A stretch of 58,009 nucleotides of DNA, the filler included, from Dugesia japonica (lineage: Eukaryota), in the NCBI GenBank assembly GCA_001938525.1. It is 5 parts of 5 records of this genome, joined end to end, with 100 filler letters (N's around TTAATTAATTAA, not from the genome) between each part and the next. Parts side by side here need not be neighbours in the genome. Positions count along the whole stretch, not along the records: positions 10,012 to 23,751 come from MQRL01627915.1; positions 23,852 to 33,513 come from MQRL01616270.1; 3 more parts are not named here. The stretch is one strand, 5' to 3'. The notes under the pieces were generated by a model that did no database searches, was not told the origin of the DNA, and worked only from the letters and a program-made list of their open reading frames with translations. Shown here piece after piece: positions 11,522 through 24,665 of the stretch. Position 1 is the first letter of the stretch. Every line of letters starts with the position of its first letter. A program made the translations under genes and the position numbers.

Positions 11522-13950
11522 TGTTAGCTTTCAGACTTTTTAGTCCAACTTTTTCTCTTGTCATCTTCTTTATGATAACCAATGGCTTCAAGAAATGTGC
11601 TTTTGGTATCCAATGCAAAATTGAATGCTGATTCAATTACCGCCATTTGCATATATTTATCGTTTATATCTTCAACCTTTAAATTATTTTGCGTTTATGA
11701 TGCTTCTTTGAATATAGTGTTAGGTAAATCTTCAATTGGTAATTCATTTTTCAAATCACAACTTACATTTTTAGATATTATTTATTTCACTACTACAACA
11801 CATGCTTGATAAAATAATTATAATTGAATAGAATTGATTAAATCTTAACATTGAATTTGGTCACTTTCTATTGGCTAAAGTTATTCATTAACAATTATTT
11901 TCTTATATCCCCCTTCTTAAGAAACTTTCTAAGTTTTCCACATTTCTTTCTAATAGCTGTCCTTTTTCTCCTTGTACCGCATACCGTCTTCCATGAGTTT
12001 TCTCAATTATTCGATAAGGACCTTCAAATCTGTCTTGACTTTTATTTCTTGTTTCTACCTTGATGAGTACATAATCTCCAACTTTGAATTCTCTTTTAAA
12101 AGTCACTTCTGAAATTCTTTCCTTATTTCTCTCTGAAAAGTCTGACTCATACTACTTTTTTCTGCTGATTTTCTTTACAAAAACGATTTCAACCAGGCTC
12201 TTTCCAGTAGTCTTCTGCTTTGTTGCATTCATTGTAAATTCTATTTCGAGTTACAGATCTGACCAATCTGTTGTCTTTCTCTACTGAAATTTTGCATTAA
12301 TTCAATCTCGAATTGTACTGAACTGTCCTTCAATTTGTCCATTTGCATTTGATGATAGGGACTCAAAAAGCGAAGTATAATATCTGGCTTCTGTATAAAT
12401 TCTCTCATAATTCTTGATTCAAAGCTTTTCCACAATTCAGTCTTATCTCTCTTGGACATCCAAATCTTAATATTCACTTCTCAAAAACAGCTTTCCGTAT
12501 TTTTTCTCGTCTTATCTAGGCAATGCTATAAGAACTAGATATTCACTGTACTCGTCTAATATTCCAAGAATATATTTTTTCCGTCCACGTGTTTCTTTCA
12601 TTCGCCTGCATATATATGTAAATATAGCTTCAAATAAATTGGTAGCTTCTAATTTGTTTGTCTTTTTTTTAGTTGCTGTCGTCACTACTTTGGTCTTCTG
12701 ACAAATTTCACTACTATGAAATATCTTCTGTATTTGGCTCCAGAAATTCTTTGCAATATATTTGTTTCTTATATATTCGTACACCATTTCAACTACTGCG
12801 TGGTATAATAATTTATCTATTTCTTCTATTGTTTCATGTAGTTTGTCATCCGGAATTTTCATTTTCTTGATTATATCATTTTCTTCAGAAATCTTTGATT
12901 GATCCTTTTTTCTTTTACAATTGTGTTCAGTACTCTTGTTTTAATTTTACCTTTTTTGGCATCTTCATGTGACATTTGACACTGTACACATATGTCAAAT
13001 TTTGGTCTAGATAACATATCTACATTACTATTTTGAATTCCTTTTCTATATTCCAAAACCATGTCTAAACTACTCAGATAATTAATTCATGTTTGGCATT
13101 GCGTCGTAATTGGTTTCTTCGTCGTTATCATGGCTCAAGGTTAGAGTTTTATGATCTGTTTCAAGATTAAATCTTCGTGTAATGCAGTATCCTTTTTCGT
13201 GACTCGTCATTGAGTGTGATCCATAAGCAACAACCCTTTCTCTTCCTTCTTTATCTCTCTGTGACAATACTGATCCAATTGTATCAAAACTGGCATCTAT
13301 ATCCAATATAAGTTCCTTGTTTATTTCTGGAGAACACAATATTGGTGAAGTAATTAGAGATTTCTTCAGACCCTCAAAAGTATCGTTTATTTTATCTATC
13401 CATTATAATTTCTTGTTTCTTGGTAACGCTACACAACTGTTCTAAGATTCTTGATTTTCTTGCGTAGTTTTCCATAAACTTTCTGTAATAATTACAAATT
13501 CTTTAGAAATTTCGTAGCTTCTTCACGCAATTAGGCTATCCCAGTGTTCTTATTGCTTTTATTTTAGACAGATCAGTTCTGGCACCATCCCTGCTAATTA
13601 AGAGTCCAAGAAATTTTATTTCGCTTTGAAGAAACTGACACTTTTCTGGATTAATTCTTAAACCAGCCTTCATTATTTTTGTCAGTACTTTCTCAATTTC
13701 TTTATAAGGTTGATCTTTATTGTTCGTAAATATCAGAAATTCATCAAGATAAACCGTGGCTCAATTGATTCCGCCCACTTCTTTTGTCATCATCTCCTGA
13801 AATGTACCCTGTGCCGCTGCGATGCCAAATGGTATACTATTAAAAGAATATTGTCCATGCTTCGTTGAGAACGCCGTTTTTTCTTGAGATTCTTCTTCGA
13901 GATCCACATGATAGTATGCATTTCCCAAATTTATTGACGTTAAAAGAGTT
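11522..13950 (-). mobile_element. Ty3/Gypsy remnant: RT (partial), RNase H, integrase, PPT, 3' LTR
   Basis: Motifs TAFSTKHGQY, PFGIAAA.GTFQ, VYLDE, DASFDTIGSVLSQ, TDHK, DMLSR, integrase H..C..C and RFEGPYRI. PPT AAGAAGGGGGA near 11908-11918. LTR about 11648-11907. Confidence 0.9.
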
Positions 13951-14205
13951 TTAGCCAGTCAAATGCCACATTTTGTCTGGTGAAGACAGAGTCAATATGA
14001 CTAAAACAGAGTATCGTTCACAAGCGTTAGAAACCATAATAATTGAAAATATAAGAAATATGATAGTTGTAGAATGCACCAGTTATATTGCTTATGAACA
14101 AAGATTCATACCTGATGCTTTAAATATGACGGATGTTTGATTTTAATTGTATCTTTTTGCTGTGAGATGTGTTCTAACTTATTCCTATTCTGTGTATTTA
14201 ATAAA

Positions 14206-14219
14206 AATCTATCTATCTA

Positions 14220-14260
<41 letters not shown>
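14206..14260. repeat. Compound microsatellite (ATCT)n(CT)n(AT)n
   Basis: Seen directly in the sequence. Confidence 0.9.
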
Positions 14261-14699
14261 GAGTAAAGAGTTTAAGTAATATTTAAAATTATTATATTCA
14301 TATTCAGCATCAAGTTTCCCCAGTTCAATGAAAATATCCGATTCCATTGTATCATGTCAATTCTCAAGTTCTTTATCAGATTCCTTCAGCGTTCCTACTT
14401 GGGGTTGTGACAATCTTAAGTAATGATTATATTTTTATTCAAATTTCGCTATTTTATTATAATTTGATTATTTTAATATATCAAATTTAGAATTTTTCAA
14501 GAATAATCCTCATTTTACAATTAGTTTCTTTAGAAATAACAATCATTTTTACAATTTTACAAACTTTTACTGTAGACAAATGATATCTTTTCGTAACTGT
14601 TTCAGAGTTTGCGTGACCAAATTTGCTCAACGTTTCTTCTTAAAATGTTCAACAAAAAATTAAATCATAGAGCATTTGATCTACAAAACAAAATTTGAT

Positions 14700-17600
14700 T
14701 CACAATNAGCAATTTCTTATTAAGTTTCGAACATTTACGCTGGCTGCGTCTTTTTCGTTCCTTCCTTGATTTTTGTTATTAACACTTTAGCTTTCTGGTA
14801 TGTTATAAAGCTTCGGACAACCTATTTTACTTTGTTTCACAAATGTTTTGTGTTATATTTATGCTTCATATACATTGCTACTTTTCTGCTCCAGCATAAC
14901 ACAAAAGATGGTGAATCCTCAATAATAACTTCTTCTACTTTATCATCAGTTATTCGTTTTCCTTCATCGTTTTCACCAAAAATGCCTTGTTTCTCTTGAA
15001 TATCTACTGTTTTAACATCCTTGTTTATAATTTCTACTTTTTGGATCTTCATGTGACATTAGACATTGTGCACATGTATTGCATTTACTTTTTGACAACA
15101 TATCCGCATTTTTATGAAGCGATCCTTTTCTTTATTCCAATTTTATATCTAAACTGCTCAAATAATTAATCTAAGTTTGAAACTGTGATGTAATCTGTTT
15201 CTTGGTATTTAGCATAAAAATAATAGCCTTCTGGTCTGTTCTGAGAATAAATCTATTTCCATATAAGTAATGTTTGAAATGAATGCAAAACTAGTAAATT
15301 GCGAGTAATTCTTTTCGCATAGTACAATATTCTTTCTCACGACTCCTCATTGCGTGTGACCCATATGCAATTACTCTTTCTTGCCCATTGTTCTCCCTTT
15401 GAGATAGTACTGCCTCAATCTTATCGAAACTTGCATCCGTTTCCAAAATAAATACTCTATTTATATCTGGAAAACATAATATTGGAGACATCTTAAGTGT
15501 TTTTTTCATTCCATTAAAAACTTATTTTAATTCATTCGCCCATTCAATTTTCTTGTTACTCAGTCCACTACACAGTTGTTCCAGCAATCTAGCTTTTCTC
15601 GAATAATATTTTTTAAACTTGCGATAGTAATTACAAATTTCCAAAATGCTTCTCATCTTCTTAACGCATTTTGGTCTACCAAAGTTCTTAATTGCTTCTA
15701 TTTTAGCTGGATCTGTTTTGATACCTTCTTTACTGATAACGTGTCACAAAAATTTGATTTCCTTCTTCGGATTAACTCTTAGACCAGCATTCTTAAATTC
15801 TGTTAATACTTTATTGACTATTTCATAGTGTTGCTCACTTGTTTCGGTAAATATGAGAATATCGTCTAGATAAGCCATCGCTCCTTTAGTTTTCTCGTTC
15901 ACTTTATTCATCATACCCTGAAACGTTTCTGGTGCTGCTATAATTCCAAAAGACATTATATTGAAACAAAATTGCCCTTGTTTGTTCGAAAAAGTCATTA
16001 TCTATTAAGAATCTTCACTGAGTTCTACTTGATAGTGTGCATTTCCCAAGTCTATTGAGCTAAAATACTTTGTACCTTCTAAAGCATACAGCATTTCGTT
16101 CACATTTGGCATAGGAAAAGCTTGTTTTTCTGTTATAGCATTGAGCTGTCTAAAGTCTAAGCATAATTATATATCCTTTTCTCTTTTTCCAAACGCAGAT
16201 TAATAGCGTATTCCATTGAGCATTACACTTCCGGGNGATACCGTTGTCATACAGATTCTCGATGGCCTCTTCAATCTTCTCTACTAGATTCATTGGTTGA
16301 CGATACGGTTTTATGTTGATTGGACCTCTTTTAAAGATTGTTCGATGCTTCTTTAAGTGTGTACATCCAATATCTCATTTATCCTCCATAAATACATCCT
16401 CATTATTCTGATTAATCTCAGTCAATCTATGATCTTTGTTAATTCCAAGAATCTCCACTGCATGTCTCAATCGATCACCTGTCTGTATCTGCCTTCCAAA
16501 TTTTGCCTTAATGTTGCAAACAAATTTGTTTCGATGATTATTGATGTCTAACATGCACTTTTCTGAAGATGATACCTAAAGNTATTCTGAAATTCCACTC
16601 CACCAATTAGATCTGGTATTAATTTCTCTACTATTATAAATGTTACTTCCTCGCATACCTCTGAAATTACAACTTCCACGCGTATTTTTTCAATTGTTTC
16701 TAATGAGCTATTATTCGCACAATGCAGTTGTTCCTTGCTTTTCCCTAATATTGTTTTTCCGAGTCTATTAAATCCTTTCATACTCATTACATTTATTCTG
16801 AATCTTGTATCTAGCAAACAATCAAACTGTTCGCCTTTGATCATCACTGAAATACTAGGTCTCCCTTGCATTTTATCATATGAAATTTCTGCGTTCTGTT
16901 TCTTTTCAATTATTCCTATCACTTCTGCTTTGTTAACTTCCGCATCATTGAAACTTCGGTTTTTTAGGAATCTGTACACTTTTTCTCCAACTTTGTTAAT
17001 CTCATCCCATTTCTCGTTTAATGAATGGCTCCGACCAACTCCTCTACTGATGGAGCCCTGCCTTTTGGGTATTCTCTTCTCGGATTTTCATTTTCTATTA
17101 TGCTCTCAGAAAATATCTCTTTATTCTCTTCATCATCTTCTTCTTGAATGGCATAAATTTGTCTGATCCGACTCCAATCTTTTGTTTGTTGTCCGCTTTT
17201 AAAATTGTATCTCCTTTCTTCTAGTCTTTGTTTATTAATGTTCGAATAACATTCTTCCGCTCTGTGACATGGTCTTTTACATCTCCCGCATACAATTTCT
17301 GTGCACATCCATCTGATATGACCAATCTTATCACACCCAACACATTTTGGTGGTTTCTTGTTTTGTTAATTTCTACTTAAATGCCCTTTCTTGTGTCAAG
17401 TCCAACATTCTACATGAGAATTTTTTGGACACTCTCTTTTTGTATGCCCACAACTCTGGCATGTCTAACACTGTAGTTCTGTTCTTTTCGCAAGTCTCTC
17501 GATATGTTGTCTCCTCTCTCGAGTACGTTTTCCACGTGTTATACTTGCTTAACTCTTTACTACGTTAAAAGGTTCTCTTCTTTCTATTTTTTCCACTAAT

Positions 17601-17860
17601 GATAACGTTTCTTTTATATCCTCTATTTTCTCCAATTTTTGCATGATAATCTCTTCTTCTACTTTTTTACTATCTGCACAAATAATTAGCATTTTGATAA
17701 AAGTTTTTCTTTTGTCAGCTTTCCATTTGCTAAAGATTTATCGACCAAATCTTCCACTTTTTTAAAAAATATCTCAAGTTCTTCATCACCGCGTCAACCA
17801 ACACCTTACAAATTTTGTAAATCATTTATTATGCTTCTCTTGCTCTCAAAGGCTAATCGC
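14700..17860 (-). mobile_element. Ty3/Gypsy remnant: gag, protease, RT, RNase H, start of integrase
   Basis: Two CCHC knuckles (CVGCDKIGHIRWMC and CGRCKRPCHRAEEC), protease CLLDT, RT AYLDDILIF, RNase H ETDASF. Confidence 0.9.
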
Positions 17861-18204
17861 AATTTCTCTCATTATTATAAAATTTTAAAATACACTAAAA
17901 ACATTTTACATTCATTTAATTTTATATTTTATTCTATTTAAAAAGTCATTAAATTTTACAATTTATTTGTAAGTTTTTTTTCTCATACAAATTTACATCC
18001 AAATTGGATTTTAAAAAAATTCCATTTTAAAATACAAAAAATTTAAGTTTGTTTACAATAAAATATCTTAAAATCACAAAACTTTTCAGCAATTAACCGA
18101 GAAAATGTTAATTTAATTTTACATTTCAATTAAAATCTAATGAAAATTGATTTTACTCAGATTTATTTAAAATCTGTTTTATGTCAAAGTTTGTAAAAAT
18201 GATT

Positions 18205-18392
18205 TACTGAGAAATAGTTCCTGAAGAAGGATATGCCGAAAAATTGAAAAAAATTGATCAAATATTTTTAAATAAATAAATAAAAATAAATTTAAATAAA
18301 ATTTATTTTCAATTGCAAAGATCAAAACGATGTTTTTCTATTTTCATAGAAGGTTCAATATTTCGGCTATCCCTTCTTCAGTAACTATTGCT
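18205..18392. ncRNA. Inverted pair of minimal hammerhead-ribozyme-like motifs (Penelope pLTR type)
   Basis: Plus strand about 18217-18250: GTTC-CTGAAGA-AGGATATGCC-GAAA-AATT-GAAA. Minus strand about 18353-18385: GTTA-CTGAAGA-AGGGATAGCC-GAAA-TATT-GAAC. Confidence 0.55.
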
Positions 18393-19100
18393 CCTTTAAG
18401 TTGTTTTTGAAATAAAAGTTTTTTTGTTGTTCAAAACGAGTTTATCGGTTTTTGAAAAGAATAATTTTTAAGTTTTAAAAAAAATTTAAAAATAGGTTTA
18501 AAATTGTTAGGTTTAATAAATTAATTTACAAATTAATTATACAAATTCGTTCATGTTTGTTCAAAGAAAGAGCATGAATTATCCAGAGAAGTGATCGTAT
18601 ATGAGAGGTGTATCACTTATAACGACTAAGAGCAACTTATTTACCACTATCAAACAACTAACTCGTAAAATAGAAAAATAGAAAAATCTTCAAGAGACCA
18701 TAAGAACAATCACAAAAAACNCACAACGGCTCAGGAAGGTAACTTATAAAAAAGAATTTTCTAATCACAATATTATAAACTAAAAAACAAAACAAACTAG
18801 AAAACAGGCGAGACCAATTGATAGCAATTTATCTTGATGAGGATAAATTCATCCAATAATATATTCCTTGTTATCCATTAATTTTGCATTACCTGTTAGT
18901 GAAGCTTTGACGTAATGAAGTTTCTCATGCTTTAAAAGATTTTTACTTCAGAAATAAGATAGGCCAAGATAGATTGTTATGTTTAGCGTTATTAAAAAAT
19001 CATAGGTATATAGATAGATAGATAGATATATGTTAATCTTGGTGATGTCATAAATTTATATGTAAATATTTGAAATAATCAATAATTTAATAACAATAAG

Positions 19101-22100
19101 TTAATCCTTACATCTCCCTCGATTAAAAGAATTTCTAAGCTTTTCTACGTTTCTTTCTAGCACTTTTCCATTTGCATTTCTTATACGATATCTTCTCTCA
19201 TGGACCTTTTCAGTGATCTTGTATGGGCCAGCGTATCTTTCATTGTCTTTTGTTCTAGTTTCTAGTTTATCAATACTTCGTATCCCACTACCAAAAATTA
19301 ATTCTGCTAGAGATATACTCAATGTCTTTGGCCTTGTTGCATTCAAAATGTATTCGATCTCCGGTATCCTGTTACTCCAATCCTTTCTTCTATCTTCCTC
19401 TGCGACTGCGTTAATACAGTCTCTGATTGTGCGGAATGGTCTCTCTATAAACATGTTTGTATTGTGATGATATGGAGATGAAAACTTATTTTTATGTTCG
19501 TCGATTCCATCCAATTCCTGAAGTTTTTGATTCAAATGTTTTTCCACTGTCCACGTGAACTTCTCTTGGAGCTCCAAGTCTCAAGATCCATTTTTTATTA
19601 TCACTTTTTTAATCGTCTCATCATCTTGCGTGCTGATTGCCGTTAGGCTGACATTTCGACTGTATTGACCTATTGTTCCACATATGTATCTTTTTATGTT
19701 CACAGTCTCTCGAAAAGGCCCACATATTCCTATATATACCTTTTCAAATGGGCAATTTGCTCTTAATTTTACTGTTGTCTCTTTTGTTGCCACAGTATTA
19801 ACTTTGTTCTTTTGGCACGCTTCGCATTGTCTTATCACTTCTGTGATTCTCTTATTCAGTTCTTTCATGTCGTGTTTGCTGATCATTTTTGCTGTTCCCG
19901 CATGTATTAACAATGTATGTATTTCTTTGATCATTGATATTCTTTTCTCTTTTGGAATCCAAATTTTTCCGTCACTTGTTTTCACTATATTATTTTGAAT
20001 ACTTTCCTTCTTGAATATCTCGTTTGATTATTTTGATTTCCTCTTTTCCCTCCTGCCGTTTACATCTTTCTATCTTTACCATCTGATTTATCTGTCTTTT
20101 TTTTATCTTTCCCATCTATTGATCTTCTTGTTGCATTTGACATTGAGTACACGTTCCGCATTTCATTCTTGAGAGCTAATCTGCGTTTGCGTGTTTCTTG
20201 CCTTGTCTATACATTAGTTCCATGTCTAAGCTGCTAAGGTAATTCATCCATGTCTGGGGCTGAGGTGTTATCGGTTTGTTCGTCTTTTTCATGAATACAA
20301 TGGCTTTGTGATCTGTGCTCGTTATTAATTTTTTCCATTTAAATAATGCTTAAAGTAATTGCAGAAGTAGTAGATTGTTAGTAATTCCTTCCATGTGATA
20401 CAGTTGCTATTTTCATGTGATGTCATTGCATATGAGCCGTAAGCAATAAATCTTTCTCTTCCATCATCATCATTTTGTGATAGGACCGCTCCTATTGCGT
20501 CAGTATCTAAAATAAATGTTTTCTTTATATCCGGGAATCTTAGAATAGGCGTTTCTATCAGTGCTTATTTTATTTCTGCGAAAGCTTTTGCACATCCATC
20601 TTACCATATTAGCTTGGTGCTGTTACTTTCACATAATTTTTCTAGGGCTCTTGATTTCTTTGAATAGTTCTTGATGAATCTCCTGTAATAATTGCATATT
20701 CACAGGAAGCTTCTCAGGCTCTTTACACATTTGGATTTCTCAAAGTTCTGGATATCTTCGATTTTCATTGGATTTGTTCGAATTCCTTCTTTATCTATTA
20801 TGTGACCAAGAGATTTCACTTCTTTGCGTAATAGGTGACATTTTTCTGGATTCACTCGCAGCCCTGCCTTTTGGATCCACTCTAATACCTGACCCAGAGT
20901 TATAAAATGCTCTTTTAGTCCTTCTGAGAATACCATTATGTCATTCATATACAACATTGCTCCATCTAGACCGTCCAATACCTTTGTCATTAGTTCTTGG
21001 AATGTTCCTGGGGCTGCTGCTATACCGAATGGCATTCTTGTGAAGCAATATTGACCATTTTTTTGTCGAAAAGGCTGTTTTCTCTTGTGACTCTTTACCT
21101 AACGGTACCTGGTAATACGCGTTTCTAAAGTCTGTGGTACTGAAATATTAAGCGCCATACTAATTGTCTAACATTTCTTCCACGTTTGGCATTGGAAAGG
21201 CTTGTCGTTCCCTAACAGCGTTCAGTTTCCTGAAGTCGATGAAAATTCTCACATCCTTTCTTTCTTTCTTCCAGACGCATATCAGTGGTGTATTCCACTG
21301 CAAATAACATTTATAATATTAGCGTCCGCTAAATCTTTTATAGCCGTATTTATTTTTCTTCTAGATTCATGCGTTGTCTCCAAGGTTTCATATTTATTGG
21401 ATTACCATTTGTCACTATCTTGTGTTCTGCCACCATTGTACATCCGAAATCCCAGTTATCTGCCATGAATACTCCTCGATGTTGCTCTATTATCTTTTCC
21501 AGTTTTTCGTCTTATTTTGTCATCAAAATTCTTAAACCTCTCTGTTCTCTTTCAACATCCACAATTTTCCGACCAAACCTTGCGTCTATGTTGCAGATCT
21601 ACTGTTCCACATATTGAACATCTAATTTTGTTACAATTTCTTCTTAAATGATTCACTGATCCGCATGCGTAACACGTTCTTTTCTTTTCCGGACAACTTC
21701 TGCTGATATAAACTATTTTCTGACATGACCAACATGTAATTTTTTAGCTTCACTTTGAGTTCGGTTAACTCCTGAGAAACGTTCTTTTGTTATGCCCCTT
21801 TTTACTGCATTGATGTAACTCACCACAGTATTTATATTGTCTGTTTCTTTTAGGTCCTCTTTAGTTCATCATTTGTTTTTATTGTTTCAAATATTTCTTC
21901 CGAGTTGGCTAATTTGCCTACTTTAATTTTTATTTGCATCCTTTTATCGCCGCAACTATTGAATATTTATTCTTTTGTCATCTCTTCTTTATCTAGTTTG
22001 TGTGCAAAGATTTTATCGACCAGTGTTAAAATCTTTTTCTTGTATTTTAAAGCTTTCTCCGAATCTTGTATGAGAGTAGTCTTTTTGTGGAATGCTTTCC

Positions 22101-22526
22101 TCAATCGGTCCTCAAAATCTAATAATTAAGCTTACATTCATATGCTTCTTTTAATTCTCGATCAATTACGCCAACCACCAAGAGGTTTTTATCCTTTTTC
22201 TTTGCACCAATATATTCGAAGTATTTGGCTTAACTATTGATAAACAGTTCAATATCGTCACCATACCGGTAAATTCCAGAGTGTAGGGCTTCTCGAATGA
22301 AGTCCATNNNNNNNNNNNNNNNNNNNNNNNNNNNNNNNNNNNNNNNNNNNNNNNNNNNNNNNNNNNNNNNNNNNNNNNNNNNNNNNNTTCAAATCTTAAA
22401 AAAATATTTTTTAAAGGCTGAATATTTAAACAAAGTTGTTTAACTATTTTTAAAAAATTGTTCAAATCTTTTTTAGCATTTTCTTCTTCAAACTTTAAAT
22501 TGCAATTTCAATTTTTAATTCTTACA
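19101..22526 (-). mobile_element. Ty3/Gypsy element with 5' LTR, gag, RT, RNase H and integrase; protease deleted and 3' LTR truncated
   Basis: 5' LTR remnant 22388-22526. CCHC knuckle CYACGSVNHLRRNC, then a direct jump to post-protease sequence. MPFGIAAAPGTFQ, YMND, SPYHH, YAGPYKI. PPT near 19113-19121. Confidence 0.9.
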
Positions 22527-22595
22527 ATTATTATTCTAAAAATTAATTAAATTAAATTAAAAAAGTTATACTATATTAATCTTTTCTTACAACAG

Positions 22596-23020
22596 GTGTG
22601 ATATGTTTGCTGTATGTCATATTTTCTTCGAAACTGGTATTCATTCAGGTTATTTGTAAATAGTAAAGAATTGCATGTACTAATGGACTGTTGAGATTCT
22701 AAATTCAAACAAATAAATGCGCTATTAACTAGTAGAGTAACAAATTAAACCATTCGTATATCTTCCTAAAAATTTATTATAAAAAATTATGCTATTTTGT
22801 GTAATATTAATGTATTATTTATTTCAGAATAAATAATAAATACCGACTACCATTTGGATATCTTGGAAATCCTAGATCTGACTTATCTATCAATAATAAT
22901 GACGAATATTTAAATCATTTTAGCTGTGGTATACCAGACCCATTACATGAAATGGATGCATTGTGTATTGCTATGCTTAGATTTATTGGAGCTACCAACT
23001 TCAAAATCTATTTTAATATG
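22596..23020 (+). CDS. Unidentified host-gene exon(s)
   Basis: Exon 22828-23020 has a TTTCAG acceptor and GTAATA donor and is open for 64 codons (INNKYRLPFGYLGNPRSDLS...CGIPDPLHEMDALCIAMLRFIGATNFKIYFNM). An upstream candidate exon at 22596-about 22736 has two in-frame TGA codons. Confidence 0.5.
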
Positions 23021-23249
23021 GTAATATATTTTAAGTGCACTTTTTTCTAAAAATACTTTTTTCTGATTATTTAAATTAAAAACGAATTACTTTCTTAATT
23101 TTGCAATAAAATATTTTACTAGTATACGATAGTTCTTTTAAAAACAGATTTAAATTTTTTTTATTTTTAAAACGGAATTTATTAAAATCAAAAGTATATT
23201 TAAATTTGTACCAGGAAAATATTTTATAAAATAAATTACTCAAATTTAA

Positions 23250-23525
23250 AGATTTTTAAATAAAATAAAATATAAATTAAATGAATGGAATATATTTAGT
23301 TTAGTGTTTTGAAACTATATATTAATAAATTTAATAATCAAAATATATTTTAAATAAAATAAAATATAAATTAAATGAATGGAATGTTTATTTTAGTGCT
23401 TTAAAATTGGATTTTAATAAAATTTAAGAATTTAAATATATTTTAAAAAGAATAAAATATAAAATAAATTAATGAAAAATGTTTATTTTAGTGTTTTAAA
23501 ATTAGATATTAATGAAATTCAATAT
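23250..23525. repeat. AT-rich minisatellite, about 92-94 bp x3
   Basis: The motif AAATAAAATATAAATTAAATGAATGGAA...TTTAGTG recurs with a period of about 93 bp. Confidence 0.75.
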
Positions 23526-23851
23526 TTTCCGTTTATAAATATGAATTATTAAATTTGTTTGGAAAAAAACAATTTATGTTTTAGTTTTTATTTTGAAATA
23601 AATTTTATGGAATTGAATTTGGATGTTGAAAATCCGAGTTCTCAAAACTATTCTAACAACTAGTACAAGGAAAATGTCATCAAAACTGCCTTTTCATTTT
23701 TAATGAGGAATTGATGAGTAATAAATATCGATATTTTCAAACAAATTTGAANNNNNNNNNNNNNNNNNNNNNNNNNNNNNNNNNNNNNNNNNNNNTTAAT
23801 TAATTAANNNNNNNNNNNNNNNNNNNNNNNNNNNNNNNNNNNNNNNNNNNN

Positions 23852-24613
23852 AAAATAAAATTTTTCAAAAATAAAATTTAACTTTTTAAAATTTTTTCCA
23901 TTCATTTCTTCTCACAAAAAATTCTTGTTTTCAATACAAAAATAATTTTTCAAAAAACTATTTCGCAAGTTGCTCAAAAACATGGGAGAACACAAGGACA
24001 TAATCTTTAGAACAGTATATCGTCACCAACATTCAACATAAAAAAATTTTAAAAATACCATAAATCTCCCCATTTTTCTTAATTTTTTCACATTTTAAAA
24101 CTTTCAAATTTCCAAAAAAATATTTTTGATTTTTCAGAAAATCATTTTTCAAAAATATTAAAAAACTTTTTCTTCCAATTAAAACTAATCATCTGTCTCC
24201 GGCCACACACCGTTCATCCACTTCAACAATTACCAAAACTCCAGTTCTCTTTTTTCCCGAGAAAAACCCATAAAACCATAACTTTCCACGTTACCATAGC
24301 AACCGTCCCATTCTTCGTCACCAAGCTCACAAAAAAATCTATTTCACTTTACAAAAATAATTTCTCTAAAAACTATTTCGCAAGTCACTCAAAAACATGG
24401 GAGGACACGAGGACAGATTTTTCGGAACCCTATATCGTCACCACCTTTCAAAATAAAAACTTCAAAAAATCATTTTTAATCCTTTCATATTTTTCTCGAT
24501 TTTTTCACATTTTAAAATTTTCAAATTTCTAAAAGAAATCTTTGGATTTTTCAGAAAAAACTCCCAAAAAAATATTTTAAAAAATTTCGTTGCCATGGAT
24601 ACGGCTACCTCGG
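23852..24613. repeat. Diverged tandem repeat, period about 415 bp
   Basis: AACTATTTCGCAAGT..CTCAAAAACATGGGAG..CAC.AGGACA...TATATCGTCACCA occurs near 23956 and near 24371. Bounded by gaps on both sides. Confidence 0.75.
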
Positions 24614-24665
24614 NNNNNNNNNNNNNNNNNNNNNNNNNNNNNNNNNNNNNNNNNNNNNNNNNNCC

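Noticed and set aside
16735-17166. Plus-strand ORFs overlapping Gypsy remnants (also 19213, 19684, 21202, 31173)
   Set aside because: These are antisense shadow ORFs of minus-strand pol/gag sequence.
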